From assembly GCA_028819435.1 (NCBI GenBank), contig JAPPLK010000073.1, positions 3,323-67,322 on the forward strand: 64,000 nt of DNA, in the 5' to 3' direction. Every line of letters begins with the position of its first letter. Position 1 is the stretch's first letter. The stretch is from Nitrospira sp. Lineage in GTDB: Bacteria; Nitrospirota; Nitrospiria; Nitrospirales; UBA8639. The notes under the pieces were generated by a model. The model was not told the origin of the DNA and ran no database searches. It was given only the letters and a program-made list of their open reading frames with translations. The translations under genes were made by a program, and so were the position numbers. Below are positions 19,622 through 30,462 of the stretch, one piece after another.

Positions 19622-22117
19622 TTACTCATTTCGCACCCAAATCTTCCAAAAACGGGACAAATTTTCCCATTCACGACGAAAAGAATAGGTGTTCAAGCCG
19701 AGAGGAACGGGTTGACGATCCGTTGTGCGCCGGACCTGAAATTCTCCGGCATCCGGCTGTGCGAAAAACACGATCGCGCCGTGGGAATCCGTTCGGTAGA
19801 TGGTCATGCGCTCGTACGCCTGCAACACGTCCTCGGCGGGATGTCCGTAACGATTTCCCTGGCCCGCGGACACCACCGCGGTCTCCGCGTTCAGTTGTTG
19901 AATCCACTGTCGATTCAGTGAACTCTTGGCCCCATGATGCGGAATTTTGACCAGGGTCGCTGACTCTACCAACGGATGGTCGATCAACCTGGCCAAGGCT
20001 TCGACTTCCGCGTCAGCCGTCAGCAAAATGGAATGCTTTCCGCAAGTCAGACTCAGAACCACGGAGAGATTGTTCAATTCCGATCCTCGAAAGTCGTTCA
20101 ACGTGGCGTCATTGTCCGCCAACGGTGGGTTCAGCGATATGAATCGGCAGTGCCCTTCCTGCACCAACGTTTCTCCTTCCAGGGCAATACGTTCAACGAG
20201 TCCTTGTCTCGCAATCGCATTTCGGAGACGTTGATAAAAGGGCTTCGCTCGCCGAACCCCGTTACTCCAATAATGATCGACCTCGAAGTTGTCGATGATC
20301 CAGGCAAGCCCACCCACGTGATCCAATTGCGGATGAGTGGCAATCACGTGAGTCAACCGCCGGATGCCTCGATCCCACAAATACGGTCCCACCACCATTC
20401 GGCCGATATCCCACCGTTCGTAGGCAACCCCGCCGTCCACCAGGATCACGTCGCCGCCGGGAAGTTCGATTACCGTAGCGTCGCCTTGACCCACGTCCAG
20501 AAACGTCACGCGCAACGCATCGTCCTCGAATACGTGTCGCGGCGACCATGCCCACCACAACAGGCAGAAGATCAGCGCACTCACGCTCACGACCCGGACC
20601 GTCCTTTTCCGGCTGAGCAACGCCGTCATGAAACACAGGTAGAAGCCTGCCATGGACAGGATCGACGGCGACGCCACGTGCCATTCGGCGCCGGGAATCA
20701 TGGCCATCATGCTGACAACGGCTGTCAGGCCGTCCATGATTTCCTGGTGAACCCAGCCAAAAGGCAAGTGTTCCAGCCCGCCGAACAAGACGATCAGCGA
20801 CGCGCCGAGTCCCAATGGCACGACCAGCATGCCGACGAAAGGCACGACAACCGCATTGGCAAAGAGTCCCAACCACGCCACTTGATTGAAATAGTACGCC
20901 ACGAGCGGCACGGTCCCCACGGTGGCGGCAAGGGTCATCAACGCATATTGCTTTCCCCAATGCTTCACTTTGTCAGGGAAGGACTGCGGGATCTCATCCT
21001 CGTCATCGCTTGTACTCCATTGAAATACCAGGGCAATAGCCAGGACGGACACGTACGAGAGTTGAAAAGACAGGGCGTACAGCGCCCTGGGATCGGCCAG
21101 CGTCGTACACAGCGCGGCTATGCCCAATGCAATGAGAACCTGTCGCTCATAACCGATCCATACCGAGAAGAGATACAACAGGATCATCAGCAGAGATCGA
21201 ACGGTCGCGACGTGGGCGCCGGACAACAACGTATAAAACAGAACCATGGGGACGGTGACCAGCACGGCAAGTTGTCTGGGAGTGAGGATACACGAAAGTC
21301 TTTCCAGCCACCGGACCGGCATGCGACGAGTGATCCCTCGCACGCCCAGGAACGAGACAAAGGCCAGCAATCCCAAATGCGAACCTGATATGGAAATGAT
21401 GTGGACCGTCCCCGTCGTCATGAAATCGTCACGCACGTCCGGGGGAATATCGTTTTGCTCTCCGACGATCATGCCCAGAAATAAGCCGCGGGCCGGTTGC
21501 CTGAGCGTTGCAATAACAGCCTGGCGCACCTGATCCCTCCCACGATCAATCTGCGACCATATCCATTCACGAACTTCGAAAATGCCAGGATGTTGAACCT
21601 GTACTCCCTGAGGCCCCCTGACGGTCGCGACCGCGTGAATCCCGCGGGCCTTGAGGTAGGCGCCATAATCAAATCCGCCGGGATTACGCGTGCCGAAGGG
21701 TGGACGCATTCGGACGCGCACGGTAATCCTGTCTCCCCGAAACACGTCCGTATCCGGTCCGCACTCGCGACCGGACTCGCATGGACGCCAAGTCAAACGC
21801 AGATTTCCACGAACTTCACGTCTCGCCGCGCCCTGTTCGACGGATTCCACGGCCACGATCATCGTCATCCGGCTCGGACCATGCTCGACCGGCGCCGTCA
21901 CGACGCCAGAAAGCGTCACCTCTTGCCGACCGGCCTGAAACGGCAGGTCAACGCCTTGATCCGTTCTCGCGTCCAGCAGCCAATACCCCAAGCCGGCCAG
22001 GACACACGCATACAGGATCAGTCCCTGTCTCCTGGAGAAATACGTCGCCTTCTCACACCAGGACAACGCTCCGGCGAGGAAGACCAGCAGGACAAGGATA
22101 GTGAGCGGAAGAAACAA
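19622..22117 (-). CDS. comEC: DNA internalisation competence protein ComEC/Rec2 with metallo-beta-lactamase domain
   Basis: 831 aa with a polytopic central competence domain and a C-terminal MBL motif (THPQLDHVGG, IPHHG). Confidence 0.9.
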   Translation of the reverse strand: MFLPLTILVLLVFLAGALSWCEKATYFSRRQGLILYACVLAGLGYWLLDARTDQGVDLPFQAGRQEVTLSGVVTAPVEHGPSRMTMIVAVESVEQGAARREVRGNLRLTWRPCESGRECGPDTDVFRGDRITVRVRMRPPFGTRNPGGFDYGAYLKARGIHAVATVRGPQGVQVQHPGIFEVREWIWSQIDRGRDQVRQAVIATLRQPARGLFLGMIVGEQNDIPPDVRDDFMTTGTVHIISISGSHLGLLAFVSFLGVRGITRRMPVRWLERLSCILTPRQLAVLVTVPMVLFYTLLSGAHVATVRSLLMILLYLFSVWIGYERQVLIALGIAALCTTLADPRALYALSFQLSYVSVLAIALVFQWSTSDDEDEIPQSFPDKVKHWGKQYALMTLAATVGTVPLVAYYFNQVAWLGLFANAVVVPFVGMLVVPLGLGASLIVLFGGLEHLPFGWVHQEIMDGLTAVVSMMAMIPGAEWHVASPSILSMAGFYLCFMTALLSRKRTVRVVSVSALIFCLLWWAWSPRHVFEDDALRVTFLDVGQGDATVIELPGGDVILVDGGVAYERWDIGRMVVGPYLWDRGIRRLTHVIATHPQLDHVGGLAWIIDNFEVDHYWSNGVRRAKPFYQRLRNAIARQGLVERIALEGETLVQEGHCRFISLNPPLADNDATLNDFRGSELNNLSVVLSLTCGKHSILLTADAEVEALARLIDHPLVESATLVKIPHHGAKSSLNRQWIQQLNAETAVVSAGQGNRYGHPAEDVLQAYERMTIYRTDSHGAIVFFAQPDAGEFQVRRTTDRQPVPLGLNTYSFRREWENLSRFWKIWVRNE

Positions 22118-22280
22118 AAGATAGGACCCGAGCAGGAGTCCTACGAGGAAGGCAATAATGCCGGAAAGAAATACGCGAGAAAGGCACCTTGTTAATGTAC
22201 AGCAATTTAGATCAAATGATCAATATGAGAGAGGATGATTTCTTGAATTCATGAACGAACATCTCATTTTTATCTGCGAA

Positions 22281-23648
22281 TTAAGGAACCTCTGATCCGA
22301 TTACAGCTTTGACTACGCCAGCCAAGTCATCCGCGACTGCTTTGATCTGCGAATCATCCTGGCCCTCAACCATGACCCGGACCAACGGCTCGGTTCCGGA
22401 ATACCGGACCAGAATCCGTCCCGTCCCGTTCAACCGTTCTTCACCGGATCGAATTGCTTCCCGTAACTCGGGAAGAGAGCCCAGGTCGGGTTTCCGGTTC
22501 ACTTTCACGCCCAACAACACTTGCGGAACGGGCTCGATGCACTGGGTCAGCTCCGAGAGAGGAGAACCGGACCGCTTGACCAACTTGAGCATTTGCAGGC
22601 CGGAAATCAGGCCGTCTCCGGTCGTATTATAGTCGAGAAAAATGACGTGTCCTGATTGTTCTCCCCCCAGGTTGTAACCCTCGGCCAACATGCGTTCCAG
22701 GATGGACCTGTCGCCAACTGGCGTCCGGACCAAGTTGATTCCGTTCTTTTGCATGGCCAATTCAAGCCCGAAATTCGTCATGACCGTTCCGACGACGGTA
22801 TCGCGATTGAGCTGACCGCGTCGCTGCAAATCCAATGTAAATGAGGCCAAGGCCTGATCTCCATGCACCACGTCACCCTCTTCGTCCACAAACACGGCCC
22901 GGTCCGCGTCGCCGTCCAAGGCAATCCCCACGTCGCCTCGACGCGCGCGAACGGCCTCCTGCAGCCGCTCCGGATAGAGGGCACCATATCCCGCATTGAT
23001 GTTTGTACCGTCAGGCTCATCCCCGATGACGGACACGTCGGCACCCAATTCCCGTATGACCTTGGGAAAGACCGAATACGCGGCGCCGTGGGCACAGTCG
23101 ATAACCACCTTCATCCCCTGATAATCCATTTCGCGCGGCAGAGACCGTTTCACGAATTCGATATAGCGTCCTTCGGCGTCAGCAATACGAAACGCCTTGC
23201 CAATTTCATTGGCCGTGGGACGAAGATGTTCGATCTCATTCGTCAAGATCAATTCTTCAATGCGTGATTCCAGTTCGTCGGGAAGTTTGAAGCCATCATG
23301 TGAAAAAAACTTGATCCCGTTATCCTGGTAGGGATTGTGAGAGGCGGAAATCATCACCCCTGCGTCGGCCCTGAGGCTGCGCGTCAAAAACGCCACGCCC
23401 GGCGAAGGCATCGGCCCGACCAGCAAAACGTCGACCCCCATGGAACAAATGCCCGAGACCAGCGCCGATTCCAACATGTAGCCGGAAAGTCGAGTGTCTT
23501 TGCCAATCACGATTTGATGGTGCCCTGCCCGTCCCTTGAATACGTAGGCCACGGCCCTGCCCAACTTCAGCACCGTTTCACTGTTCATGGGTTCCAGGTT
23601 GGCAACGCCCCGCACCCCGTCGGTTCCGAATAATTTCCGCACGTACAA
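22281..23648 (-). CDS. glmM: Phosphoglucosamine mutase
   Basis: KLFGTDGVRG N-terminus, ISASHNP phosphoserine loop, 455 aa. Confidence 0.95.
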   Translation of the reverse strand: MYVRKLFGTDGVRGVANLEPMNSETVLKLGRAVAYVFKGRAGHHQIVIGKDTRLSGYMLESALVSGICSMGVDVLLVGPMPSPGVAFLTRSLRADAGVMISASHNPYQDNGIKFFSHDGFKLPDELESRIEELILTNEIEHLRPTANEIGKAFRIADAEGRYIEFVKRSLPREMDYQGMKVVIDCAHGAAYSVFPKVIRELGADVSVIGDEPDGTNINAGYGALYPERLQEAVRARRGDVGIALDGDADRAVFVDEEGDVVHGDQALASFTLDLQRRGQLNRDTVVGTVMTNFGLELAMQKNGINLVRTPVGDRSILERMLAEGYNLGGEQSGHVIFLDYNTTGDGLISGLQMLKLVKRSGSPLSELTQCIEPVPQVLLGVKVNRKPDLGSLPELREAIRSGEERLNGTGRILVRYSGTEPLVRVMVEGQDDSQIKAVADDLAGVVKAVIGSEVP

Positions 23649-23657
23649 CGTCTCCTT

Positions 23658-24521
23658 TCAAGCCTGCGCAATCGCTTCCGACATTCGCACCACTTCCCGG
23701 ATCGACCCGACGTCATGCACGCGAACGATCCTGGCTCCACCCCAAACTGCGGCCGCCACGGCTGCGGCAGTTCCCATGATGCGTTGATCAATGGGTTGAC
23801 CGGTGATCGTCCCGATAAAGGATTTATTCGACACGCCGACCAGGACGGGCCGACCCAACTGCTGCAATGAGCCGAGTCCTTTCAGTAAGGATAGATTCTG
23901 TTGTTCGTTTTTTGCAAACCCGATCCCCGGGTCGATCAACACGTGCTCGCGAGCGATGCCGATGCCCTCGGCATGGTTCAAGCGACTTCCCAAATAGTCC
24001 CGCACCTCCTCCACCACGTTGTCATATCGACAATACTGTTGCATCGTCTGCGGCGTGCCTCGCATATGCATCAGCACCAACCCGGCCCTGGTTCGCGCAA
24101 TCACTTCACCCATTCGCGGGTCATGCTCCAACGCGCTGATGTCGTTGATGAGAACTGCCCCCCAATCGATAGCCCGTTCGGCAACGCCGGCTTTCCGGGT
24201 ATCGATCGATAAGGGAACTGTCGCGCGCTTTCCAATGACGTCGAGAACCGGCTTCAATCGACGAAGTTCTTCCTGTTCGTCAATCGCCCGTGAACCGGGG
24301 CGCGTCGATTCGGCACCGATGTCAACCAGGTCGGCCCCTTCACTCACCATGCGTTCAACGTGAGCCAGTGCGCGTTGAGGATCGAGAAAGTGCCCGCCGT
24401 CGGAAAAGGAATCCGGGGTCACGTTCAGTATGCCCATCACCAGGACGCGACGGGAACAGGGAATCCTGACGTGACGGGCTTGCAGGTCCGTGGAACTTGA
24501 GTGAGGGTCTTTTGATGTCAA
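23658..24521 (-). CDS. folP: Dihydropteroate synthase
   Basis: VMGILNVTPDSFSDGG and DIGAESTRPG motifs. Confidence 0.95.
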   Translation of the reverse strand: MTSKDPHSSSTDLQARHVRIPCSRRVLVMGILNVTPDSFSDGGHFLDPQRALAHVERMVSEGADLVDIGAESTRPGSRAIDEQEELRRLKPVLDVIGKRATVPLSIDTRKAGVAERAIDWGAVLINDISALEHDPRMGEVIARTRAGLVLMHMRGTPQTMQQYCRYDNVVEEVRDYLGSRLNHAEGIGIAREHVLIDPGIGFAKNEQQNLSLLKGLGSLQQLGRPVLVGVSNKSFIGTITGQPIDQRIMGTAAAVAAAVWGGARIVRVHDVGSIREVVRMSEAIAQA

Positions 24522-24552
24522 TGATGGGAATCAGGGTCGGAATGTGATTCCG

Positions 24553-26370
24553 TCACACTTGCGCCGGTTCTCGAACGATGGTTCCGCGACTGATGATTTG
24601 ATCGATCTCCAAGGAATCCAAAACCTCTTTTTCCAACAGGGCTTCAGCCAAAGCCCGTAGGGTATGAATATGTTCCGTAAGCATGCGCTTCGTCCGCTCG
24701 TAGGCTTCCACGATCAAACGTTTGACTTCATGATCGATTTCCAGGGCCACTTGCTCACTGAAATCCCGACGTGCCGTAATCTCCCGACCCAGGAAAATCT
24801 CCTCATCTTTTTTGCCGAAGGTCAACGGTCCCAGTTTGTCGCTCATGCCCCATTCACACACCATTTTCCTGGCAAGTTCGGTGGCCCGTTCAATGTCGTT
24901 CCCTGCGCCGGTGGTGACGTTTTTTAAAATCAGTTCTTCGGCCACGCGGCCACCCAGTAAAATTGACAGGGTGTTGTACAAGAAATCCTCGGAATAGCTG
25001 TGCCGGTCATCGATGGGAAGCTGCATGGTCATGCCCATCGCACGCCCCCTGGGAATGATCGTCACTTTGTGGACCGGGTCGGCGCCCGGCAACAACTTGG
25101 CCATGAGAGCGTGACCAGCCTCATGATACGCCGTGGTGCGCTTTTCGTCTTCGCTCAGGACCAGGCTCTTGCGCTCGGCCCCCATCATAACTTTATCTTT
25201 GGCATTTTCAAAATCAATGAGTTCCACCAACTTCTTGTCCAGTCGCGCAGCCCAGAGCGCCGCCTCGTTGACGAGGTTTTCCAAATCGGCCCCTGAAAAA
25301 CCGGGCGTTCCCCTGGCAATTTGATCGAGGTTCACGTCTGACGCCACGGGCACCTTCTTCGTGTGGACCTTGAGAATTTCCACGCGACCCCGCACGTCGG
25401 GACGATTGACCACCACCTGTCGATCGAACCGGCCTGGCCGTAACAAGGCAGGATCGAGGACGTCGGGACGGTTCGTCGCGGCAACAAGAATGACACCCTC
25501 GGTCGTATCGAACCCATCCATCTCCACGAGTAACTGGTTCAAGGTCTGTTCCCGCTCATCGTGACCGCCACCCAAGCCCGCGCCGCGCAACCGACCAACG
25601 GCATCGATTTCGTCTATGAAAATGATACAGGGCGCATGCTTCTTCCCTTGCTCAAACAGGTCGCGCACGCGAGACGCACCCACTCCCACGAACATTTCCA
25701 CAAAATCGGACCCGCTGATGCTGAAAAACGGGACACCCGCTTCTCCGGCAATGGCTTTAGCCAATAGAGTCTTTCCCGTTCCCGGAGGGCCGACGATCAG
25801 CACCCCCTTGGGGATTCGCCCACCGAGTTTTTGAAATTTTTGTGGATCTTTCAAAAATTCAATGATTTCAACGACTTCTTCCTTGGCCTCTTCCACGCCA
25901 GCCACGTCGGCAAAGGTCACCTTTTTCTTTTCCTCGGTCAGGAGACGCGCTCGACTCTTCCCAAACGAGAGGGCCCGATTGCCCCCGACCTGCATTTGTC
26001 GCATCAGGAAAAACCACAATCCCAGGAACAGAATAAACGGTCCCCAAGTCACGAGAAACGTGATATACCAAGGACTTTCATCAGGCGGCTTGGCTTCAAT
26101 CTGCACCGACTGCTCTCTCAGGGCTTTGACCAGGTCCGGATATTCAACGGTATAGGTCCGAATCCGGTTGCCATCCTTTAAAATCGCGCTGATATGACTG
26201 TCCTTCATGGTGACCTTGGAAATCTCTCCCCGCTCGAGGTGGGCCATGAAGTCACTGAAGATCACTTCCTCCTCGGGTGGCTGGGACGGCACGGTGAACA
26301 GGTTGAACAACAGGATCATGAACAGCCCAACCACCACCCAAAACAGCAAATTCTTGACACGAGAATTCAT
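24553..26370 (-). CDS. ftsH: ATP-dependent zinc metalloprotease FtsH
   Basis: Walker [12 protein letters not shown] region, HEAGH zinc site. The start is taken at MNSRVKN (26370); the ORF opens at 26409. Confidence 0.95.
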   Translation of the reverse strand: MNSRVKNLLFWVVVGLFMILLFNLFTVPSQPPEEEVIFSDFMAHLERGEISKVTMKDSHISAILKDGNRIRTYTVEYPDLVKALREQSVQIEAKPPDESPWYITFLVTWGPFILFLGLWFFLMRQMQVGGNRALSFGKSRARLLTEEKKKVTFADVAGVEEAKEEVVEIIEFLKDPQKFQKLGGRIPKGVLIVGPPGTGKTLLAKAIAGEAGVPFFSISGSDFVEMFVGVGASRVRDLFEQGKKHAPCIIFIDEIDAVGRLRGAGLGGGHDEREQTLNQLLVEMDGFDTTEGVILVAATNRPDVLDPALLRPGRFDRQVVVNRPDVRGRVEILKVHTKKVPVASDVNLDQIARGTPGFSGADLENLVNEAALWAARLDKKLVELIDFENAKDKVMMGAERKSLVLSEDEKRTTAYHEAGHALMAKLLPGADPVHKVTIIPRGRAMGMTMQLPIDDRHSYSEDFLYNTLSILLGGRVAEELILKNVTTGAGNDIERATELARKMVCEWGMSDKLGPLTFGKKDEEIFLGREITARRDFSEQVALEIDHEVKRLIVEAYERTKRMLTEHIHTLRALAEALLEKEVLDSLEIDQIISRGTIVREPAQV

Positions 26371-26527
26371 AAAAATGCGTTCCTTCTCTCTCTCAATCTT
26401 CCCGGGCAAACTGGAATCGTCTCGAAAACATCAGAAATACTACCATGAGGATCGACCATCTGCAACCTACTGCCCTTTACGTAATCCCTCACCGGATAGT
26501 GCGTGACCATCGCACCCCCGGTATTCC

Positions 26528-27961
26528 TCAAGACTTTTTTCCGGTTGTACGAATCCGGACAACGGCAACGTGCCTGGTCTCCTCGGTCACTCGAAACCGG
26601 TGATCGGAACGATACCCCCCGACCCACAGGATACCTTCAGGCGCTACCACGAGAGGTACGGTACTTCGCTCGGCTTGATGAATTTTTACATCAGAGAAAA
26701 AATCCTGAAGTTTCTTTCGTCGTCCTCCCATTCCATAAGGGAAAAAGTAGTCTCCGGGCTTCCAGGATCGAACGACCAACTCGTGACTGAATCGATCCGC
26801 GTCCAGGTAGGCTACGGAATCGTTCCGCCGGGACGGGATTGTCTTCGTCGCCGTGATTTTTCCTTCAATCGTCTGCCCCGTGACCAGCCAAAGGATCGAC
26901 CCCGGGAAAGGCCAGACACAGGACGATCCGCGTTGCAGACGACTGTTCCGGTCTGCCTTCATAAACGTCACCCGGTCATATTCCCTGACGGCCTCCAAAC
27001 CGGCCAAACAACCGGATGAACCTGATGTTCCGTGAACGACGTGCTGCAACAGCGTCTCCACGGTCTCGAAACCAAGCGGACCCGGCTTGACCCACAAAGT
27101 CTTCACCATTAAAAGGATCATTCTCCGTTGAATGGAGACGGGAAAGGTCAGAAGACGAGAACGGCTCCATACGACGCGATCCTTCGTGCGGCTAAGTTCC
27201 ACCGATTCCAGCGCGGCCTTCGCCGCCTCATCCAGGTACTGATGTTCCTCTCGCAGTATAACAGCCTGCCGGGACAAGACACTGACCACGTTGGGATTGA
27301 ACGTTTTCAGCAGGGGAATCAATTCGCGGCGAAGGCGGTTCCTGGTGTATTTCGGGCTGTCATTAGTCGAATCGACGCGGAACTCACGGCGTTTCTCATC
27401 AAGGTACGACAAGATTGCAGGTCGGCTCACCGTCAAGAACGGCCGGATGACGCATGGTTCCCGTTGAGACGGCATGCCCGATAGCCCGGCAAGTCCGGTC
27501 CCGCGAAGCATAGACAGCAGCACGGTTTCCGCCTGGTCGTCCTGGGTATGCCCGACCGCGACTTTGGTGCCGCCCCATTCCCGGGCGACGGCCTGCAACT
27601 GCGTGTATCTCTTCTCCCGTGCAACGGCCTGGAGCGACTCCCCTTTTCGTTTCCGAAGAAACGATTTCAGGTTAAGCCGTTTCAAGAAAAAAGGAAAACC
27701 CAACTGCCCGGCGAGTTGCTCGACAAACGTCGCATCCTCCAGGGACTCCTCTCCCCGCAACCCGTGATCAACGTGAGCGACGGCCAACGTCAGATCCAGG
27801 TGCTCCCGCCAGGCAGACAGCACCTGCAAGAGAGCAACGGAATCCGCCCCACCGGACACGGCAACCACGACCCGGTCTCCGGGAGACAAGAGATCGAGTT
27901 TCCTGACGTGTTTCAATAGGTTGTGTTCAAAAGCCGTCAGGGCGCGCATCATCGCCACCAC
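26528..27961 (-). CDS. tilS: tRNA(Ile)-lysidine synthase
   Basis: PP-loop VAVSGGADS, in the conserved position upstream of ftsH. Confidence 0.9.
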   Translation of the reverse strand: MVAMMRALTAFEHNLLKHVRKLDLLSPGDRVVVAVSGGADSVALLQVLSAWREHLDLTLAVAHVDHGLRGEESLEDATFVEQLAGQLGFPFFLKRLNLKSFLRKRKGESLQAVAREKRYTQLQAVAREWGGTKVAVGHTQDDQAETVLLSMLRGTGLAGLSGMPSQREPCVIRPFLTVSRPAILSYLDEKRREFRVDSTNDSPKYTRNRLRRELIPLLKTFNPNVVSVLSRQAVILREEHQYLDEAAKAALESVELSRTKDRVVWSRSRLLTFPVSIQRRMILLMVKTLWVKPGPLGFETVETLLQHVVHGTSGSSGCLAGLEAVREYDRVTFMKADRNSRLQRGSSCVWPFPGSILWLVTGQTIEGKITATKTIPSRRNDSVAYLDADRFSHELVVRSWKPGDYFFPYGMGGRRKKLQDFFSDVKIHQAERSTVPLVVAPEGILWVGGYRSDHRFRVTEETRHVAVVRIRTTGKKS

Positions 27962-27993
27962 TGGAGATTGCCGTACGGGTCTATTTATGGAAC

Positions 27994-28917
27994 TTATGCG
28001 GCAAACACGCGTCGAGTCTGCTGAACGTCCTGGGCGATTCGTTCGGCAAGTTCCCCGGAATCGTCAAACCGTTCATCGCCTCGAATGTATTGTAAAAATT
28101 GAACTTCAATGGCTTGTCCATACAGTTCGCAGTCGCCATCCAGGACGTGCACTTCCAGTAATCGTTCGCCTTCTCCGAACGTGGGACGTGTCCCGATATA
28201 ACTGACCGCGGGAAAGACCGCATCCTGCCACACCATCTTTGTGGCATACACCCCATCGGGCGGAAGCACCCGGTCTTTGTCCGGACGAAGATTAGCCGTG
28301 CGATAGCCCAACCCTTGCCCGCGACGTTCGCCTTCAATCACCGTGCCTTTCAGGGAATACGGACGGCCCAGGTCGTGCATCGCCTGTCCCATCTTCCCTG
28401 CCCGGACAAACTGGCGAATACGGGTCGAACTCACGACCGCTTCCCGGGAACTCACGGGTTTGAGGAGATGAACCCGGAACCCGGCTTGTCCGGCCAACTC
28501 CCGCAGGGTATCCGTATTGCCCGCCCGGCCTTTGCCAAACACAAAATGCTCCCCCACAAACAGGTCCTTGACGCCCAGTCCATCCTTGAGGATCGACCAC
28601 ACAAACTCCTGCGGGCTCAAAGCGGCAAACTCTTTGGTGAAAGGCAACACCACGAGATGCTCGACGCCCTGCGCCTCGAACCAATCCAACTTTTCCGAAG
28701 GGGACGTCAAGAATTGAAAGGTGGTTCCGGGACTTAACACCAGCGCCGGATGGGGATCAAAGGTCAACACCATCGGCGTACCCTGATGTTCACGAGCACG
28801 TTGAACGACGGTGGCCAGCAATTCTCGATGCCCGACGTGCTGCCCGTCAAAATTGCCTATGGTCAGGAACGGATGGGACGGCAAAGGAGGGGCTGGAAGT
28901 CCGTGCGAAACCTTCAT
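27994..28917 (-). CDS. ribF: Bifunctional riboflavin kinase/FMN adenylyltransferase
   Basis: [13 protein letters not shown] nucleotidyltransferase motif plus a C-terminal riboflavin kinase domain. The ATG at 28917 overlaps the hemB stop (ATGA). Confidence 0.9.
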   Translation of the reverse strand: MKVSHGLPAPPLPSHPFLTIGNFDGQHVGHRELLATVVQRAREHQGTPMVLTFDPHPALVLSPGTTFQFLTSPSEKLDWFEAQGVEHLVVLPFTKEFAALSPQEFVWSILKDGLGVKDLFVGEHFVFGKGRAGNTDTLRELAGQAGFRVHLLKPVSSREAVVSSTRIRQFVRAGKMGQAMHDLGRPYSLKGTVIEGERRGQGLGYRTANLRPDKDRVLPPDGVYATKMVWQDAVFPAVSYIGTRPTFGEGERLLEVHVLDGDCELYGQAIEVQFLQYIRGDERFDDSGELAERIAQDVQQTRRVFAA

Positions 28918-29897
28918 GGGATAGCGGCATTCAACAACCGAACGGCATCCTTGGCAAAATACGTCAGGATGAGATCGGCACCGGCACGTTTGATGGACAG
29001 CAGCGATTCCAACGTCGCTTTGGATTCGTCCAACCACCCTTGTTGGGCCGCGGCCTTGATCATGCTGTATTCGCCGCTGACTTGAAACGCAGCCACGGGT
29101 ACGTCCACCGCGGCCCGCGTCCTCGAAATAATGTCCAGGTACGCCAGCGCCGGTTTGACCATGACCACGTCCGCACCCTCTTCCACGTCGGACAACACTT
29201 CGCGAACGGCTTCACGCGCATTGGCGGGATCCATCTGGTACGAGCACCTGTCACCGAACGCGGGGCTGGAAGAAGCCGCCTCCCTGAACGGCGCATACAG
29301 GCAGGAGGCATACTTGGCGGAATAAGACATGATGGGAAGGTGCGTGAATCCGCCCTGATCCAATTCGTCGCGGATTGCCGCGACCCGTCCGTCCATCATG
29401 TCGGACGGCGCCACCATGTCAGCCCCGGCCTCTGCATGGGTTTTCGCCATCAGACGCAAACAGTCGAGGGTTTCATCATTCAAGATGCGCCCGTCTTTCA
29501 CGATGCCGCAATGGCCATGGGACGTATATTCGTCGATACAGACGTCCGTCACCACAAAAAGACCCGGCACGTGATACTTGAGCGCGCGGACGGCCCGTTG
29601 CACGATCCCGTCAGGATCATAACCGGAAGACCCGCGTTCATCCTTGTGATCGGGAATCCCGAAGAGCATAACCGCGGGAATGCCCAACAGGTGCGCCTCG
29701 GTGGCCTCCTTGATCAGGAGATCGATCGACCACCGGAATTGCCCCGGCATCGACTGGATGGGTTCCCGTTGATCCGTTCCTTCCCTGACGAATAGGGGAT
29801 AAATCAGGTTGCCCGGCGACAGCGCGGTTTCGCGCACCATCCGGCGAAGAGACCCGGATTCACGCAAACGCCGCATTCGTTGACGAGGAAATCCCAT
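28914..29897 (-). CDS. hemB: Porphobilinogen synthase (ALA dehydratase)
   Basis: RRLR...LIYPLFV N-terminus, active-site Lys regions (VMVKPA), 327 aa. Confidence 0.95.
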   Translation of the reverse strand: MGFPRQRMRRLRESGSLRRMVRETALSPGNLIYPLFVREGTDQREPIQSMPGQFRWSIDLLIKEATEAHLLGIPAVMLFGIPDHKDERGSSGYDPDGIVQRAVRALKYHVPGLFVVTDVCIDEYTSHGHCGIVKDGRILNDETLDCLRLMAKTHAEAGADMVAPSDMMDGRVAAIRDELDQGGFTHLPIMSYSAKYASCLYAPFREAASSSPAFGDRCSYQMDPANAREAVREVLSDVEEGADVVMVKPALAYLDIISRTRAAVDVPVAAFQVSGEYSMIKAAAQQGWLDESKATLESLLSIKRAGADLILTYFAKDAVRLLNAAIP

Positions 29898-29983
29898 GAT
29901 TTATCCAAAAGCCGTTTTGAAGAGCGATCCCCGAGTTTGCACCTCAGCGGGCGAGACCAGCGACGGTATCCACGACGCCAGCG

Positions 29984-30376
29984 TTATTTCCTGGGAAGAT
30001 TCGTCAGAAACACCACCAGGTCCCGCACGGAGATCATCCCAACAAGTTCCCCACCCTTCGAGACTCCCAAATGCCGGACGTGCTCCTTGGCCATCAGGTC
30101 ATTGGCATCCAACAACGTCTTGTTCTCATCAATTTTCAACACTGGCGCCGACATGATTTGTTCGACGGTCGTCCTGTCCGAATCCAATCCCGCGGCCACC
30201 AACCGCCGGACGAGATCCGTGTCGGTCAGGACCCCGATGATCTCCTTATCGCGGGTGACGAACACACTGCCGATACCGCTATCCTTCATAATTTCCGCCG
30301 TTTTCCGGACACTGGTGTCACGATCAACGGTAATGAATTTTTCAGCGGGGACCATAAACGATTTCACTGGAACCAT
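29984..30376 (-). CDS. Stand-alone CBS-pair domain protein (paralogue 2)
   Basis: Two CBS motifs in 130 aa. ATG with AAGGAGAA upstream. About two-thirds identical by eye to the ORF at 32005-32451. Confidence 0.85.
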   Translation of the reverse strand: MVPVKSFMVPAEKFITVDRDTSVRKTAEIMKDSGIGSVFVTRDKEIIGVLTDTDLVRRLVAAGLDSDRTTVEQIMSAPVLKIDENKTLLDANDLMAKEHVRHLGVSKGGELVGMISVRDLVVFLTNLPRK

Positions 30377-30462
30377 AAAATTCTCCTTGGATTATCACGC
30401 CTCGTTGAACAAAAATGACCCATTCGCCAGGAAGTCAGGGCCTTTCGACCATTCATGCGCCG

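Noticed and set aside
19976-21388. 470-aa plus-strand ORF (also 20262-20960 and others) inside the comEC region
   Set aside because: It lies antisense to a gene with clear ComEC/MBL signatures. The translation is His/Arg/Gln/Pro-rich low complexity, typical of antisense frames in GC-rich DNA, with no motif and no SD.
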